Source: Candidatus Cloacimonadales bacterium
GTDB lineage: Bacteria; Cloacimonadota; Cloacimonadia; Cloacimonadales; JAIOQZ01
Direction: 5' to 3'
Assembly: GCA_963674825.1 (NCBI GenBank)
Contig: OY771587.1
Span: forward strand, 256,001 to 320,000
Length of the DNA: 64,000 nt
The notes beneath the pieces were generated by a model, which ran no database searches, had not been told where the DNA came from, and saw nothing but the letters and a program-made list of their open reading frames with translations. How positions within the stretch are numbered: position 1 is the first letter of the stretch; each line of letters opens with the position of its first letter. Made by a program: the position numbers and the translations under genes. Shown in pieces: positions 39,895 through 50,400 of this stretch.

Positions 39895-41256
39895 TCAATT
39901 AACAGATGGCGCGATCCTGAGCTTCCTAAAGAAAAGAAACCACACGACCAGCCACACTACAATCGCTCCGAGCGATATCAGCAGCACTGGGAAACCACCA
40001 AACAGAACAATTAATGGAATCGCAGAAGATGTCCAGAGTCCTCCCCCCATGAAAGGCTCGTGCAGGAGCTGTTTATACGCGAAAGCCTGCGCAGCGTTTG
40101 TTTTATTCTCCGGATCCGCCGCACGCAGTAATAGAAGCCCTGTTGCAGTAACGCCCATCGATTGGCCCATCTCGGCAATCGCGCGCTCAAACCAGCTGTC
40201 TGCAAACCACCTTGGCGCCATAAACAGCACACAAAATACATTCCATAAAGTCCCCGCAAGTACGATGATAAGGAAAGGAACCAGGTTGTTCGTAATCACC
40301 TCAATACGAATCGTCGCTATTGCTGCCACCACGAGGAAATCCAGCGCCAGGCCAGCGAGCCGCTTGGACAGCCCGGAGTCGATGACATCAAAACGATTCG
40401 ATTTAGACGAAAGCGTCTGCACGATCAGTCCACCGACCATACTCAGAGGAAACAGAGGGAATCCCTGGAAAATCTTGTTTTCGCTCAAAACAGGAACAGC
40501 TCCTTCAATGAATAGCATGCCCTGTTTTATCAGCCACCCGATTAACACGGCAATGCCAATCATAGCCAGGTGCAGCGCAAGTGAATCTACTGAATCAGCG
40601 GACACCGTTTCATATCCCGCAATGGGACGCTGATTTTTGGGGTAAATTCCATCACCACCGGTCACGATGTCGGTGCCGGTTGCTTCCAGCCAGTTACGGC
40701 GCTTGGCTACATTGATCAGCGCGATACCGATGATCACAGCCAGAATGATTCCAGCCGTGGCAGATGCCAGACAGAGGTCGGTACCAGACTTCCAGTCAAA
40801 GTTTGCAAACGTATCTTTCAATCCACCGGCAGTACCATGACCACCTTCGAATCCCACGGGGATCACGACGCCGAAAAGGTCGGGAAGCTTCCAGATTGGC
40901 TTCAAAAGCGCAAGTGTCAGGCCGAGGCCCACCACATACTGCCCCCAGACCACGATTTGACCGTATGCAAGTTGCGGTCCGGCGATTTTCCATGATCTGG
41001 ACAGGCTTGGAATCGCTACCCCCAAAAAGAGCGAAGCAAACACAATATTGATCAGAAATCCCGGGAGCTTGCTCCAGCCAGCTGTCCAGCCCACAGCAAA
41101 GTCGCTGGATCCGATAATCTGAAGCGCAACCAAGCCGATCACGCCACCTATAACCGACGCCGGAAGGTAGAGTCTCTGCAGGATGGGGATTTGGGTTCGA
41201 ATCCATTTGCCGAGGAAGAGTAGTACACAGATACCGATAAAGGATGTCACAATCAT
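39895..41256 (-). CDS. gltS: Sodium/glutamate symporter (GltS family)
   Basis: LPASVIGG, GFEGGHGTAGG, GQSMGVTATGLLL, multiple TM segments. Confidence 0.85.
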   Translation of the reverse strand: MIVTSFIGICVLLFLGKWIRTQIPILQRLYLPASVIGGVIGLVALQIIGSSDFAVGWTAGWSKLPGFLINIVFASLFLGVAIPSLSRSWKIAGPQLAYGQIVVWGQYVVGLGLTLALLKPIWKLPDLFGVVIPVGFEGGHGTAGGLKDTFANFDWKSGTDLCLASATAGIILAVIIGIALINVAKRRNWLEATGTDIVTGGDGIYPKNQRPIAGYETVSADSVDSLALHLAMIGIAVLIGWLIKQGMLFIEGAVPVLSENKIFQGFPLFPLSMVGGLIVQTLSSKSNRFDVIDSGLSKRLAGLALDFLVVAAIATIRIEVITNNLVPFLIIVLAGTLWNVFCVLFMAPRWFADSWFERAIAEMGQSMGVTATGLLLLRAADPENKTNAAQAFAYKQLLHEPFMGGGLWTSSAIPLIVLFGGFPVLLISLGAIVVWLVVWFLFFRKLRIAPSVN

Positions 41257-41427
41257 AATAACCTCGTATGTGCTGATAGCTAAACAATCCGGTTCATTGT
41301 TGCGGTTGTAAAGGAAAATCATTCGTTCGCATTAATTATGAATATTTATCGTCATCGCATCGTATTGCAATAGAGCCGATTGCATTTCGCAAGTCACATC
41401 ATGACCTACATCCGATCGAGGATAATC

Positions 41428-41478
41428 TTGACAAACGAAACGCCAATCACCCATAGTGGTACCTGTTAGTAACACTAA
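41428..41478 (+). promoter_or_regulatory. Putative promoter and palindromic operator of the TrmB-family gene
   Basis: TTGACA-18 nt-CATAGT, then TTAGT-AAC-ACTAA just before the RBS. Confidence 0.45.
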
Positions 41479-41492
41479 TCGAGGATGATGAT

Positions 41493-42362
41493 ATGAATGA
41501 CCAACAGAGAATCGAATTGCTGATCGAGTTTGGACTTACGCAAGTTGAAGCAAACGTTTACTTTGCACTACTGAAAGAATCACCGCAATCAGGTTATAGT
41601 ATCGCGCAGCAAATCGGGAAATCACGTTCCAATGTCTATCAAGCACTGAAGTCACTTGAACAAAAAGGGACGATCGTACAGCTTCAGGGGACCAAAAATC
41701 AGGTCTTTCAGGCAATACCTGTCGAGCAGATGTTGGAGCTGAAGGAGCGGGAATTCGAGAACCAGCGGAAAAAAGTCACAGACGCCTTTCGCAATATGAA
41801 GCAACAGGAGCAAGTTGAATCGATCTATTACCTGCAAAGCATGGAGCAAGTTTACGAGAAAGCAATCCAGGTAATCGATCAGACTCAGAAGATCGTCTTC
41901 ATCGAAGCTGAACCTCATCATTTCGAGAATATCAGGGAGGCAGTACGTCGTGCGGTCGATCGCGGTGTAATCGTAGCGATCTACACTTCGGAGATGGAGT
42001 CGTTCGAGGGTGCGGAAGTAATCCGGCACGACACCATGCATATCAGCAACCTTGTCACCGAAAGCTGGAATATCAACTGGTTTTGCATCGCGGCAGACGG
42101 CAGCCAATTCATTATCACCACAACCAAACAGAAGACCGAAGAGCTGATTCACGCGCTCTACAGCGGCAATCGCTATCTGGCTGGGTGGGTGTTCAGCGAT
42201 ATGATCTACCAAATCGGATATTACAGCATCATTACCATGTTCAATCAAGGAATGTCGCGTGATGACATCTGGCAGAACATCCAAGTATACATCAAAAAGT
42301 TTGTGGGGCACGCGCCGGGAATCGCGGATCTGAGAAAAGAATATTCGAAGACCAAAAGCTGA
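41493..42362 (+). CDS. TrmB family transcriptional regulator
   Basis: FGLTQVEANVYFALL...SGYSIA...SRSNVYQALKSLEQKG wHTH plus effector domain. Confidence 0.88.
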   Translation: MNDQQRIELLIEFGLTQVEANVYFALLKESPQSGYSIAQQIGKSRSNVYQALKSLEQKGTIVQLQGTKNQVFQAIPVEQMLELKEREFENQRKKVTDAFRNMKQQEQVESIYYLQSMEQVYEKAIQVIDQTQKIVFIEAEPHHFENIREAVRRAVDRGVIVAIYTSEMESFEGAEVIRHDTMHISNLVTESWNINWFCIAADGSQFIITTTKQKTEELIHALYSGNRYLAGWVFSDMIYQIGYYSIITMFNQGMSRDDIWQNIQVYIKKFVGHAPGIADLRKEYSKTKS

Positions 42363-42406
42363 CGTGTGTTAAGATCATTTCACATAACCGAATGAAGGAG
42401 AGAATC

Positions 42407-44779
42407 ATGAGAAAGCATCGATGTTCTTTGTTCTTGTTCCGTGCAAAGGATATCCAGTTTCTGTTTTTAATGACGGCACTGGCAATGTCGTCAGTCGGAC
42501 TCCTTGCCGACGCAATGTTCGAGGAGATTGTTTTATTCGAAGACACAGGTGGTGCATGCGCGATCGCAGCAGCCGATTTCAATCTCGACGGCAGCCCGGA
42601 TTTCGTTTACACCTGCTACCCTGACCATCACATCAAGTGGATGGAAAACGATGGCGAGATGAATTTTTCTGAGCACATGGTCATCGAAGGATTCCAGAAC
42701 GCAAAAGCGATCGATACCGGCGATATCGACGGTGACGGCTATCCCGATTTCGCTGCTACAGCAAACACCGGAGATAAGATATCCTGGTTTCACAATAACG
42801 GCGATGGCACCTTTACCGAAAACGTAGTCACATCCACTTGGGACGGCCCAGGGTGGGTCGTCGTCACCGATCACGTCCACAATCTGCCCATCGATATCAA
42901 CGGTGACGGAAACGTCGATATCCTCGCGACCGCCTGCGATAGCGGCAGACTTGGATGGTTCGAAAACGACGGTGACGAGAATTTTACCGAACACATTCTC
43001 AAGGATGGATGGACCAAGGTAAGTTGCGCACGCGCAGTTGACATGGATAACGATGGAGATATGGATATCCTCGCTGCCGCTCAAGCTGGTGGTATCGTTT
43101 GGTTCGAGAATATCGGAGAGGACGAGAACTTCACCGAGCACCTTCTCTTCAGCGACTGGGACAAACCCAACTGGATCAGCGCCGGTGACATCAACGGCGA
43201 CGGACATATGGACTTTGCCGCTACATCTTGCGGTAACAGCCATGCTATCGGCTGGTTTCTTAACGATGGCGAGCAGAACTTCACCTTGAATATGCTCAAC
43301 AACAGCTTTAACGGCGGACGCAGCCCCATCGTGTGCGATATCGACGAAGACGGTGACATGGATATCTTCGGGATCGCATGGATCGGCTCGTTCACATCGT
43401 TCTTCGAAAACGATGGACAGCAGAACTTCACAGAACATGTCATCAGCAACAGCGCTCACGAGATGCTCAAGCTATTCGTGGTCGATCTGGATGAAGACAA
43501 CGACCTCGATATCCTCGCCTGCGTGGCAGAATACAGCACCAATCACATCCGGTGGTTCAAGAGCATCGATTCGTTTCTGGATGCCGACTACCAGGTGGAA
43601 AACGTCAGTGGCCACGCGCCTGTCGAATCCCATTTTACCTACGAAGCCTACTCCAAGCCGGCTGTGACAACTTGGGAATGGGACTTCGATAACGACGGCA
43701 CCATCGATTCAACAGAACCAGAACCGACCCATCAGTTCACCACGCCAGGCACCTACGATGTGCGGCTGCATATCTCGAACGGTGTAGAAGAGCAAGAGAT
43801 TATCAAGGAAGACCTGGTACGGGTTTTCGACGGCGAAAGTGCGATCGAATTCAACGCGAACAGCAGCCGCACAAGAATGCCGGTTTTCGATCTCAGCGGT
43901 GGTTTCACTCTGGAAACATGGTTTAACGCCTTCGATTACGGCATGAATCCGACGCTAGGAAACGGCATGATCTTCTACAATGGCAGCATTTCAGCATACT
44001 TGAACAACGCCTATCCGCTTTACAATCAGATGACGCTGATCGTCAAGATGCAGCATGAAAGCACCCAAAGTGTTGTTGCGCTTCCATCGTTCGGAGTGTT
44101 CATTGAAACAGGATACCATCTTGCTATTAGCTATGACGGCGTCTCCGACCTGCGCATCTACCTCAACGGTGTATTACAGGAGCAGACAGTCTACACCGCT
44201 CCTTCAGGACCGGTCGTTTACGATCCGGAAGCATACTTCTTCTTCGGCAACAACAGCAGCAGCACCAGTGCGTTCAAAGGTGTCCTTGATGAAATGCGCA
44301 TATGGAGCGAAGTCCGCTCAGCAGGTGACATCAATGAGCATATGGCGGAGTACCTTATCGGCGATGAAGCCGGTCTGGAAGGTTATTGGCGCTGCAATGA
44401 AGGTAACGGCGAGACGATCGCAGATCTCACATCCAATGGTAACGATGGCGAAATGCTGAACTGCCGCTGGCATCAGGGAACACCATTCGATTTCACGCCC
44501 GTTGACGAGCAGAACATTCCCAGGCCGGATGCGATCAGCATCAGCAGCTACCCGAATCCGTTCAATCCGTCCTGCACGATCTGCTTCAGCATCCCTGATG
44601 CAGGCCCGGCAATACTGGAGATATTCAACATCAAAGGTCAGCGCGTGGACCAGTTCACAATCTCACCCGGTACGACAAGTGTTCGCTGGAATGGTGAAAA
44701 AGCAGGAAGTGGTATCTATCTGGCAAGGTTGCAGTCGCAGAATCAAGTTGCTGCGCATCGCATGTTGATGATAAAATAA
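42407..44779 (+). CDS. Secreted FG-GAP/VCBS repeat - PKD - LamG protein with C-terminal FlgD-Ig/T9SS-like sorting domain
   Basis: Repeated D.DGDG..D / W.ENDG..NFTEH; WEWDFDNDG (PKD); F.G.LDE.RIW (LamG); YPNPFNP...IFNIKGQ...SGIY. Confidence 0.85.
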   Translation: MRKHRCSLFLFRAKDIQFLFLMTALAMSSVGLLADAMFEEIVLFEDTGGACAIAAADFNLDGSPDFVYTCYPDHHIKWMENDGEMNFSEHMVIEGFQNAKAIDTGDIDGDGYPDFAATANTGDKISWFHNNGDGTFTENVVTSTWDGPGWVVVTDHVHNLPIDINGDGNVDILATACDSGRLGWFENDGDENFTEHILKDGWTKVSCARAVDMDNDGDMDILAAAQAGGIVWFENIGEDENFTEHLLFSDWDKPNWISAGDINGDGHMDFAATSCGNSHAIGWFLNDGEQNFTLNMLNNSFNGGRSPIVCDIDEDGDMDIFGIAWIGSFTSFFENDGQQNFTEHVISNSAHEMLKLFVVDLDEDNDLDILACVAEYSTNHIRWFKSIDSFLDADYQVENVSGHAPVESHFTYEAYSKPAVTTWEWDFDNDGTIDSTEPEPTHQFTTPGTYDVRLHISNGVEEQEIIKEDLVRVFDGESAIEFNANSSRTRMPVFDLSGGFTLETWFNAFDYGMNPTLGNGMIFYNGSISAYLNNAYPLYNQMTLIVKMQHESTQSVVALPSFGVFIETGYHLAISYDGVSDLRIYLNGVLQEQTVYTAPSGPVVYDPEAYFFFGNNSSSTSAFKGVLDEMRIWSEVRSAGDINEHMAEYLIGDEAGLEGYWRCNEGNGETIADLTSNGNDGEMLNCRWHQGTPFDFTPVDEQNIPRPDAISISSYPNPFNPSCTICFSIPDAGPAILEIFNIKGQRVDQFTISPGTTSVRWNGEKAGSGIYLARLQSQNQVAAHRMLMIK

Positions 44780-44799
44780 TCCTCTCTCTCAAAAGGCTC

Positions 44800-44830
44800 A
44801 GGCGGAGGAATTTTTCAGTTCCTCCGTCTT
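44800..44830. terminator. Probable bidirectional terminator between convergent genes
   Basis: AGGCGGAGGAA...TTCCTCCGTCT hairpin. Confidence 0.55.
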
Positions 44831-44831
44831 C

Positions 44832-45701
44832 CTATTTAAAAGACGGCGTCCACTCCGATGATGGACGTAAATCCTGGATATAGCCGTTGTGCATGCCGAG
44901 TTCCTCGACCACATCCAGCACCTTCCGGTATTCCTCCATTTTCAACGGACGATCAAGCGGCGGACATTCCAACGCCTGATGAGTTGGGTAATATTGCGAC
45001 ATCAGACTGATGAAGGTACGGTTTCCGAATTGCTCTTCGATCCACCGAAGCGCATCCGCAATCCCTCCGATATCCTCTGGCAAAACCAGCAGCCTGATCA
45101 GAACACCCTTCTCTGCAATGCCATCGTCATCCATGCGCAAATGCCCCACCTGACGAAACATCTCGAGTATCGCACGCATCGCCACTTCGGGGTAATTCGC
45201 GGCGTCGGAGAATCGCCTTGCCGCGTCTGGGTTCGTATAGCGGAAATCGGGCATGAAGATATCGACCAGTCCTTCCAGTTGCGAAAGCGTCTCCTTGAGC
45301 TCATAAGCGCTGCTGTTCCACACAATAGGAAGCTTGAGGCCCATGTCCTTCGCATGCACGATCGCATCGCGTATCTTCAGCGAAAAGTGAGTTGGCGTCA
45401 CCAGATTGATGTTGTGAACACCCTGAGCCTGCAAATCGAGCATGGTCTGCGCGAGCTGTTCCACGGTGATCGGCTTACCAAGACCCTCCTGACTTATCTT
45501 GTGGTTCTGGCAATAGACACAGCGCAGGTTGCAGTAGGTGAAAAAGATCGTGCCGCTGCCACGCTTCCCGCTGATAACCGGCTCTTCCCCATAGTGAGGC
45601 ATCGCCAGATTGACGATCGGGTCCCACCCACTCTTGCAGTAGCCCACGACTTGATCGCGATCCACGTTACACATTCGCGGACAGATATTGCAACGCGTCA
45701 T
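44832..45701 (-). CDS. Radical SAM protein, PflX-like
   Basis: CNICPRMC, GEEP.ISG, CNLRCVYCQN, NINLVTPTH. Confidence 0.88.
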   Translation of the reverse strand: MTRCNICPRMCNVDRDQVVGYCKSGWDPIVNLAMPHYGEEPVISGKRGSGTIFFTYCNLRCVYCQNHKISQEGLGKPITVEQLAQTMLDLQAQGVHNINLVTPTHFSLKIRDAIVHAKDMGLKLPIVWNSSAYELKETLSQLEGLVDIFMPDFRYTNPDAARRFSDAANYPEVAMRAILEMFRQVGHLRMDDDGIAEKGVLIRLLVLPEDIGGIADALRWIEEQFGNRTFISLMSQYYPTHQALECPPLDRPLKMEEYRKVLDVVEELGMHNGYIQDLRPSSEWTPSFK

Positions 45702-46918
45702 GCTTTCTCCAGCCCCAGGGGATTATTGACAACGCGATAAAGGAATTCGGCGATCTCGACAAGGCGTGCCGGATCCACCAGATTGATATTATCGCGCATG
45801 GTGTGTGTGATGTGCTCCGCGAGATCCCAGATATTGGCTGAGGTAAAAACGAGCGTCGGCACTCCGCGCGGAACGAAGATCATATGATCGCTGGCCGGCC
45901 ATGGATCCATCGGTTCGATTCCGTGATATTCCTCGATAAGCCCATCGACCAGGCTGGCTGCCTGCTCGGACAGATTCCAGTGCGAAAGTCCGCTGCGGTG
46001 TTCTTTGCATCCGGCGGCATCGATATTTGCTACAAGCGCGAAATCACTGAGCTTGTCGCCATTGATCTCCATGTAGTGGCATTCGCCGGTTGAATCGTAG
46101 TAATCTTCGCCATTGAAAAACACCAGCTCGATGTAATGATCGCCGTCGTAGGATTGCAGCATCTCTGCGAGCACGAGCAGAATCGCCACACCGGTCGCGT
46201 TGTCCAGCGCTCCGGGGGTCTCGATTTTGGTGTCAACATGCGCGCTGATGACAATCCGCTTTTTCGTCCGGTCGCCCTTGAGACCCGAGATTTGTTCCAT
46301 CCACGATTTCTTGCGCAGCGAGTCGATCGTAAGCTTGACTTCACGGCACTCCAGCAGTGCGAGTTTCTCTCCTGTCGCAGCATCGCAGTAGCATGACGGG
46401 ATATCGAATCGTGCGTCCTCGATCCACGGAAACGGTGAGATACCGCCAGCTCCACCGGGGTCGCTCTTGGTAGCCGCGATAATCGCCAGCGGTTTCCGCG
46501 CATTCAGGATGCGGAAGATTTCTTTGTGCTCGTCAAGGTTGTAGAACGGGTAACCCTGCGGTATCAACTGGCTCTCGGTCAGCTTCCCCTTACAAAGCAG
46601 GATTTTCCCGCATATATCGAGGTCGTTCAGCGCTTCGAAGTTATCCACCACGACGAGTTCTGCTTCTCCATCGAAGGGCAGTGAATAAGGCGCTGGCTTG
46701 AGCGGGTACGCCTTGCCATCGATATGCAGCGCAGCCGTTTCCGGTTGCCAATCAATGCACTCCAGCCGCGTGATATCCGCGTCCCAGCCCAGCAGATCGA
46801 GTTGCTCGCAGATGTATTTCGTCGCCGCGTGATTACCTCTGCTTCCCGGATGCCGGTTCTCGATATTGACGCAGAGATGATGGAGGTGGGTTTTAATTAC
46901 TTCCTTATGATTTTGCAT
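45698..46918 (-). CDS. M28 family metallopeptidase with PA-like insert
   Basis: SAHVD, GALDNATG, GED, NID, SDH. Confidence 0.85.
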   Translation of the reverse strand: MQNHKEVIKTHLHHLCVNIENRHPGSRGNHAATKYICEQLDLLGWDADITRLECIDWQPETAALHIDGKAYPLKPAPYSLPFDGEAELVVVDNFEALNDLDICGKILLCKGKLTESQLIPQGYPFYNLDEHKEIFRILNARKPLAIIAATKSDPGGAGGISPFPWIEDARFDIPSCYCDAATGEKLALLECREVKLTIDSLRKKSWMEQISGLKGDRTKKRIVISAHVDTKIETPGALDNATGVAILLVLAEMLQSYDGDHYIELVFFNGEDYYDSTGECHYMEINGDKLSDFALVANIDAAGCKEHRSGLSHWNLSEQAASLVDGLIEEYHGIEPMDPWPASDHMIFVPRGVPTLVFTSANIWDLAEHITHTMRDNINLVDPARLVEIAEFLYRVVNNPLGLEKA

Positions 46919-46958
46919 TTATGAAACCTCGTTGCATTGTTATTGGTGTTTCAAATGG

Positions 46959-47219
46959 TTATTTATCCAAATCGCTCTTTTGTATGAGCCAATAGATCAT
47001 AATATATATCAGCAATGCTCCAAATCCAAAGCCAGCGATGATCGAACCCTGGGCTTTGGTTATTACATCAGTCTTGTACAAATAGTAAAGAAATCCGCTC
47101 GCAGCCGTAATGACAAGACCAATGATGAAGTGAACCTTTCTAAAGATAGTAGCTAATGCTGAAAAGATCAAAAACGTAGCAAGTAAATTCCCTCTGCCAT
47201 ATCCACCATAACCGAACAC
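46959..47219 (-). CDS. Small hypothetical membrane protein (three TM segments, low GC)
   Basis: AAGGAG RBS, GTG start, three hydrophobic segments. Confidence 0.5.
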   Translation of the reverse strand: MFGYGGYGRGNLLATFLIFSALATIFRKVHFIIGLVITAASGFLYYLYKTDVITKAQGSIIAGFGFGALLIYIMIYWLIQKSDLDK

Positions 47220-47483
47220 GCACTTTCTCCTTGAGCTCCAATCTGCTGAATCTGGATCCTAATCGTATAAAAATCCCAGATTCACACGTCAGACTCTACT
47301 TGTCCAGCATAATATCATGTCCAACCCACTTACAGTATGCTTGTTTGTCTTAGCGATAAAAATTCCTTGCGTGAAAGACAGGCTGCGGATTTGTTGTATG
47401 ATTGTCAATTCGTGTATCATACCGCACGATTGGCCACCTTTGCCGGCAGGGCTGGCAAAGGAAAACATGCAAGGAGAACAAAG

Positions 47484-50400
47484 ATGTACAAACCCATGGA
47501 CCCGAAAGAGAGTCCGGCGGATTTTGAGCGCAGAGTACGCACGTACTGGGATGAGAACGGTACCGCAGAGAAGAGCATCAACTTCCGCGACGGACACCCC
47601 CAGTTTATTTTCTTCGAAGGTCCCCCAACCGCGAACGGCAAGCCGGGGGTCCACCACCTGATATCCCGCGCGATTAAAGACACCGTCTGCCGCTACAAGA
47701 CCATGAAAGGCTTTCAGGTCAAGCGCAAAGCCGGATGGGACACGCACGGACTTCCGGTGGAAATCGAAGTTGAGAAGATACTGGAACTGAACGACAAGAA
47801 GGCTGTTGAAGCCTACGGAATCGAGAAATTCAACCAAAAATGCCGCGAATCGGTCTTCACCTACGAAAAGCAATGGCAGGAAATGACCCGCACAATGGCA
47901 TATTGGATTGACCTCGAAAATCCTTATATAACCTTGCATAACAGCTATATAGAGAGTGTCTGGTGGATACTGAATCAGTATTTCACCAAAGGTATGATTT
48001 ATAAAGGACACAAGATCGTTCCTTACTGCCCCAAATGCGGAACCCCGCTTTCAAGCCACGAAGTGGCGCAAGGCTACCAGGATGTGGAAGATCCGTCCGT
48101 GTTCGTGAAGTTCAAGGCGAAAGACGAAGAGAATACTTACTTCCTCGCCTGGACGACGACCCCCTGGACGCTGATCTCCAACGCCGCGTTGGCGGTGCAT
48201 CCCGAGCAGGAATATGTCAAGGTGCTGCACAACGAGCAGTATCTGATCCTGGCACAAGCGCTTCTGAGCGTGCTGGACGGAGACTATGAAGTCGTCGAAA
48301 CCTATAAAGGCAAAGACCTCGAATACCGCGAATACGAACCGCTGTTCAACTTCATTCAGCCTAAGGAAAAGGCATGGTTCGTCGCGATGGCGGACTACGT
48401 CTCCATGGACGACGGTACCGGTATCGTGCACACCGCACCGGCATTCGGCCAGGACGACCACTCGCTGGGACAGAAGTACGGTCTGCCGGTCATCAATCCC
48501 GTGATGGATGACGGTACTTTCGGTGAAGTCGTAGAGCCCTGGAAAGGACTCTTCGTCAAGGTCGCCGACAAAGAAATCATCCGCGACCTCAAGGAACGCG
48601 GCCTGCTATACAAACGGCAACAGATCCTGCATAGCTATCCCTTCTGCTGGCGCTGCAAATCCCCGCTGATTTACTACGCGCGCGACGGATGGTTTATCCG
48701 CACGAGCGATTATAAAGAGCAGATGATCGAAAACAACAAAAAGGTCAACTGGTACCCGGATTTCGTCGGCGAGAAACGCTTCGGCGAATGGCTGGAAAAC
48801 AATATCGACTGGGCAATCAGCCGCGACCGTTTCTGGGGTACGCCGCTCAACGTCTGGGTTTGCGACAAATGCGGAACACACGACAGCGCCGGTTCTATCA
48901 AGGAACTGCGCGAGAAAGGCAAGTACGAAGACGGACGCGAAGTGCCCGAAGATATCGAGCTGCACCGTCCCTACATCGATGAAATCGTGATGACCTGCCC
49001 CGATTGCGGCGGCACCATGCACCGCACGCCCGAAGTGATCGACTGCTGGTTCGATAGTGGCTCTATGCCCTTCGCGCAGTGGCACTATCCCTTCGAGAAC
49101 AAAGAACGCTTCGATAGCGAACTCTTCCCGGCTGACTTCATCTGCGAAGGTATCGATCAGACACGCGGCTGGTTCTACTCGCTGCTGGCCATCTCCACGT
49201 TCGTCAAAGGCACCGCGCCTTATAAAAATGTGTTGGTCAACGACCTGATCCTCGACAAGTTCGGCAAGAAGATGAGCAAGAGCCTCGGCAACTCCGTCAA
49301 TCCGATGGAGATGATGCAGAAGTACGGTGCGGACGCAAACCGCTGGTACCTGCTCTATGTCAGTCCGCCGTGGGTGCCCACCAAGTTTGATCCCAAAGGC
49401 GTCGAAGAAGTGGTTAATAAATTCATCGGTACCATGAAGAACGTCTATTCGTTCTACGCCACCTACGCCAACATAGACGGCTTCGATGCAGCGCAACATA
49501 TGGATAGTTACAAGCCAACCGCCGAAATCGATCGCTGGATCGTGAGCAGACTCAATACGCTCATCCAGCAGGTAACTCAGAACAACGAGCAGTACGATTT
49601 CACCCGCTCGGTTCGCGCCATCCAGGCGTTTATCATCGACGACCTGAGTAACTGGTACGTTCGCCGCAGCAGACGCCGGTATTGGGCACTGACCATGACC
49701 GACGACAAGCGCGACGCCTACCTTACGCTCTACCACGCGATGGTCACTGTTTGCCGTGTCATGGCACCTTTCGCGCCCTATCTTGCGGAGGAAATTTACC
49801 GCAATCTCACCAGCGAAGAAAGTGTTCATTTAGCTGAGTATCCCGTAATCGACCAGGCAGTTATCGATACCGAACTCGAGAGCGATATGCAGAACGTGAT
49901 CGACCTCGTAAGCCTCGGACGCGCAGCGCGTAACGAATGTCAGATCAAGGTCCGCCAGACCCTGCAAACCTTCTACGTGCCGGATCGATTCAAGGACGTC
50001 GTCGAGAAGATGAAAGACCTGATCCTGGATGAAATAAACGTCCGCGAGATCGAGTATCTCAAGCCGCATGACGAACTGCTCAAGCACGACATCAAGCCTA
50101 ATTTCAAGGTGCTTGGTCCCAAAGTCGGAAAGCATATGAAATGCGTCGCCAAGGCCCTGCCGGAAATCGATGCCGACCACGTGCTGGAAGCCTTCAGCAA
50201 GAATGAACCCTTCGTCATCGAATGCGAAGGACACCCGGTGAGAATCGAAGAAGAAGACTTGATCTTCAGTATCCAGCAGCGCGAAGGCTATGTGTTTGCC
50301 AGCGAAAAAGGCATCCACACAGCGCTTTCCACCGTGCTTACACCCGAATTGATCCAGGAAGGCTACGCGCGCGAGCTGATCAACAAGATACAGTTCACCC

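Noticed and set aside
47380..47483. ileS leader hairpins as a T-box
   Set aside because: Hairpins are present (for example CCTTTGCC...GGCAAAGG), but there is no T-box consensus (AGGGTGGNACCGCG) or terminator U-tract
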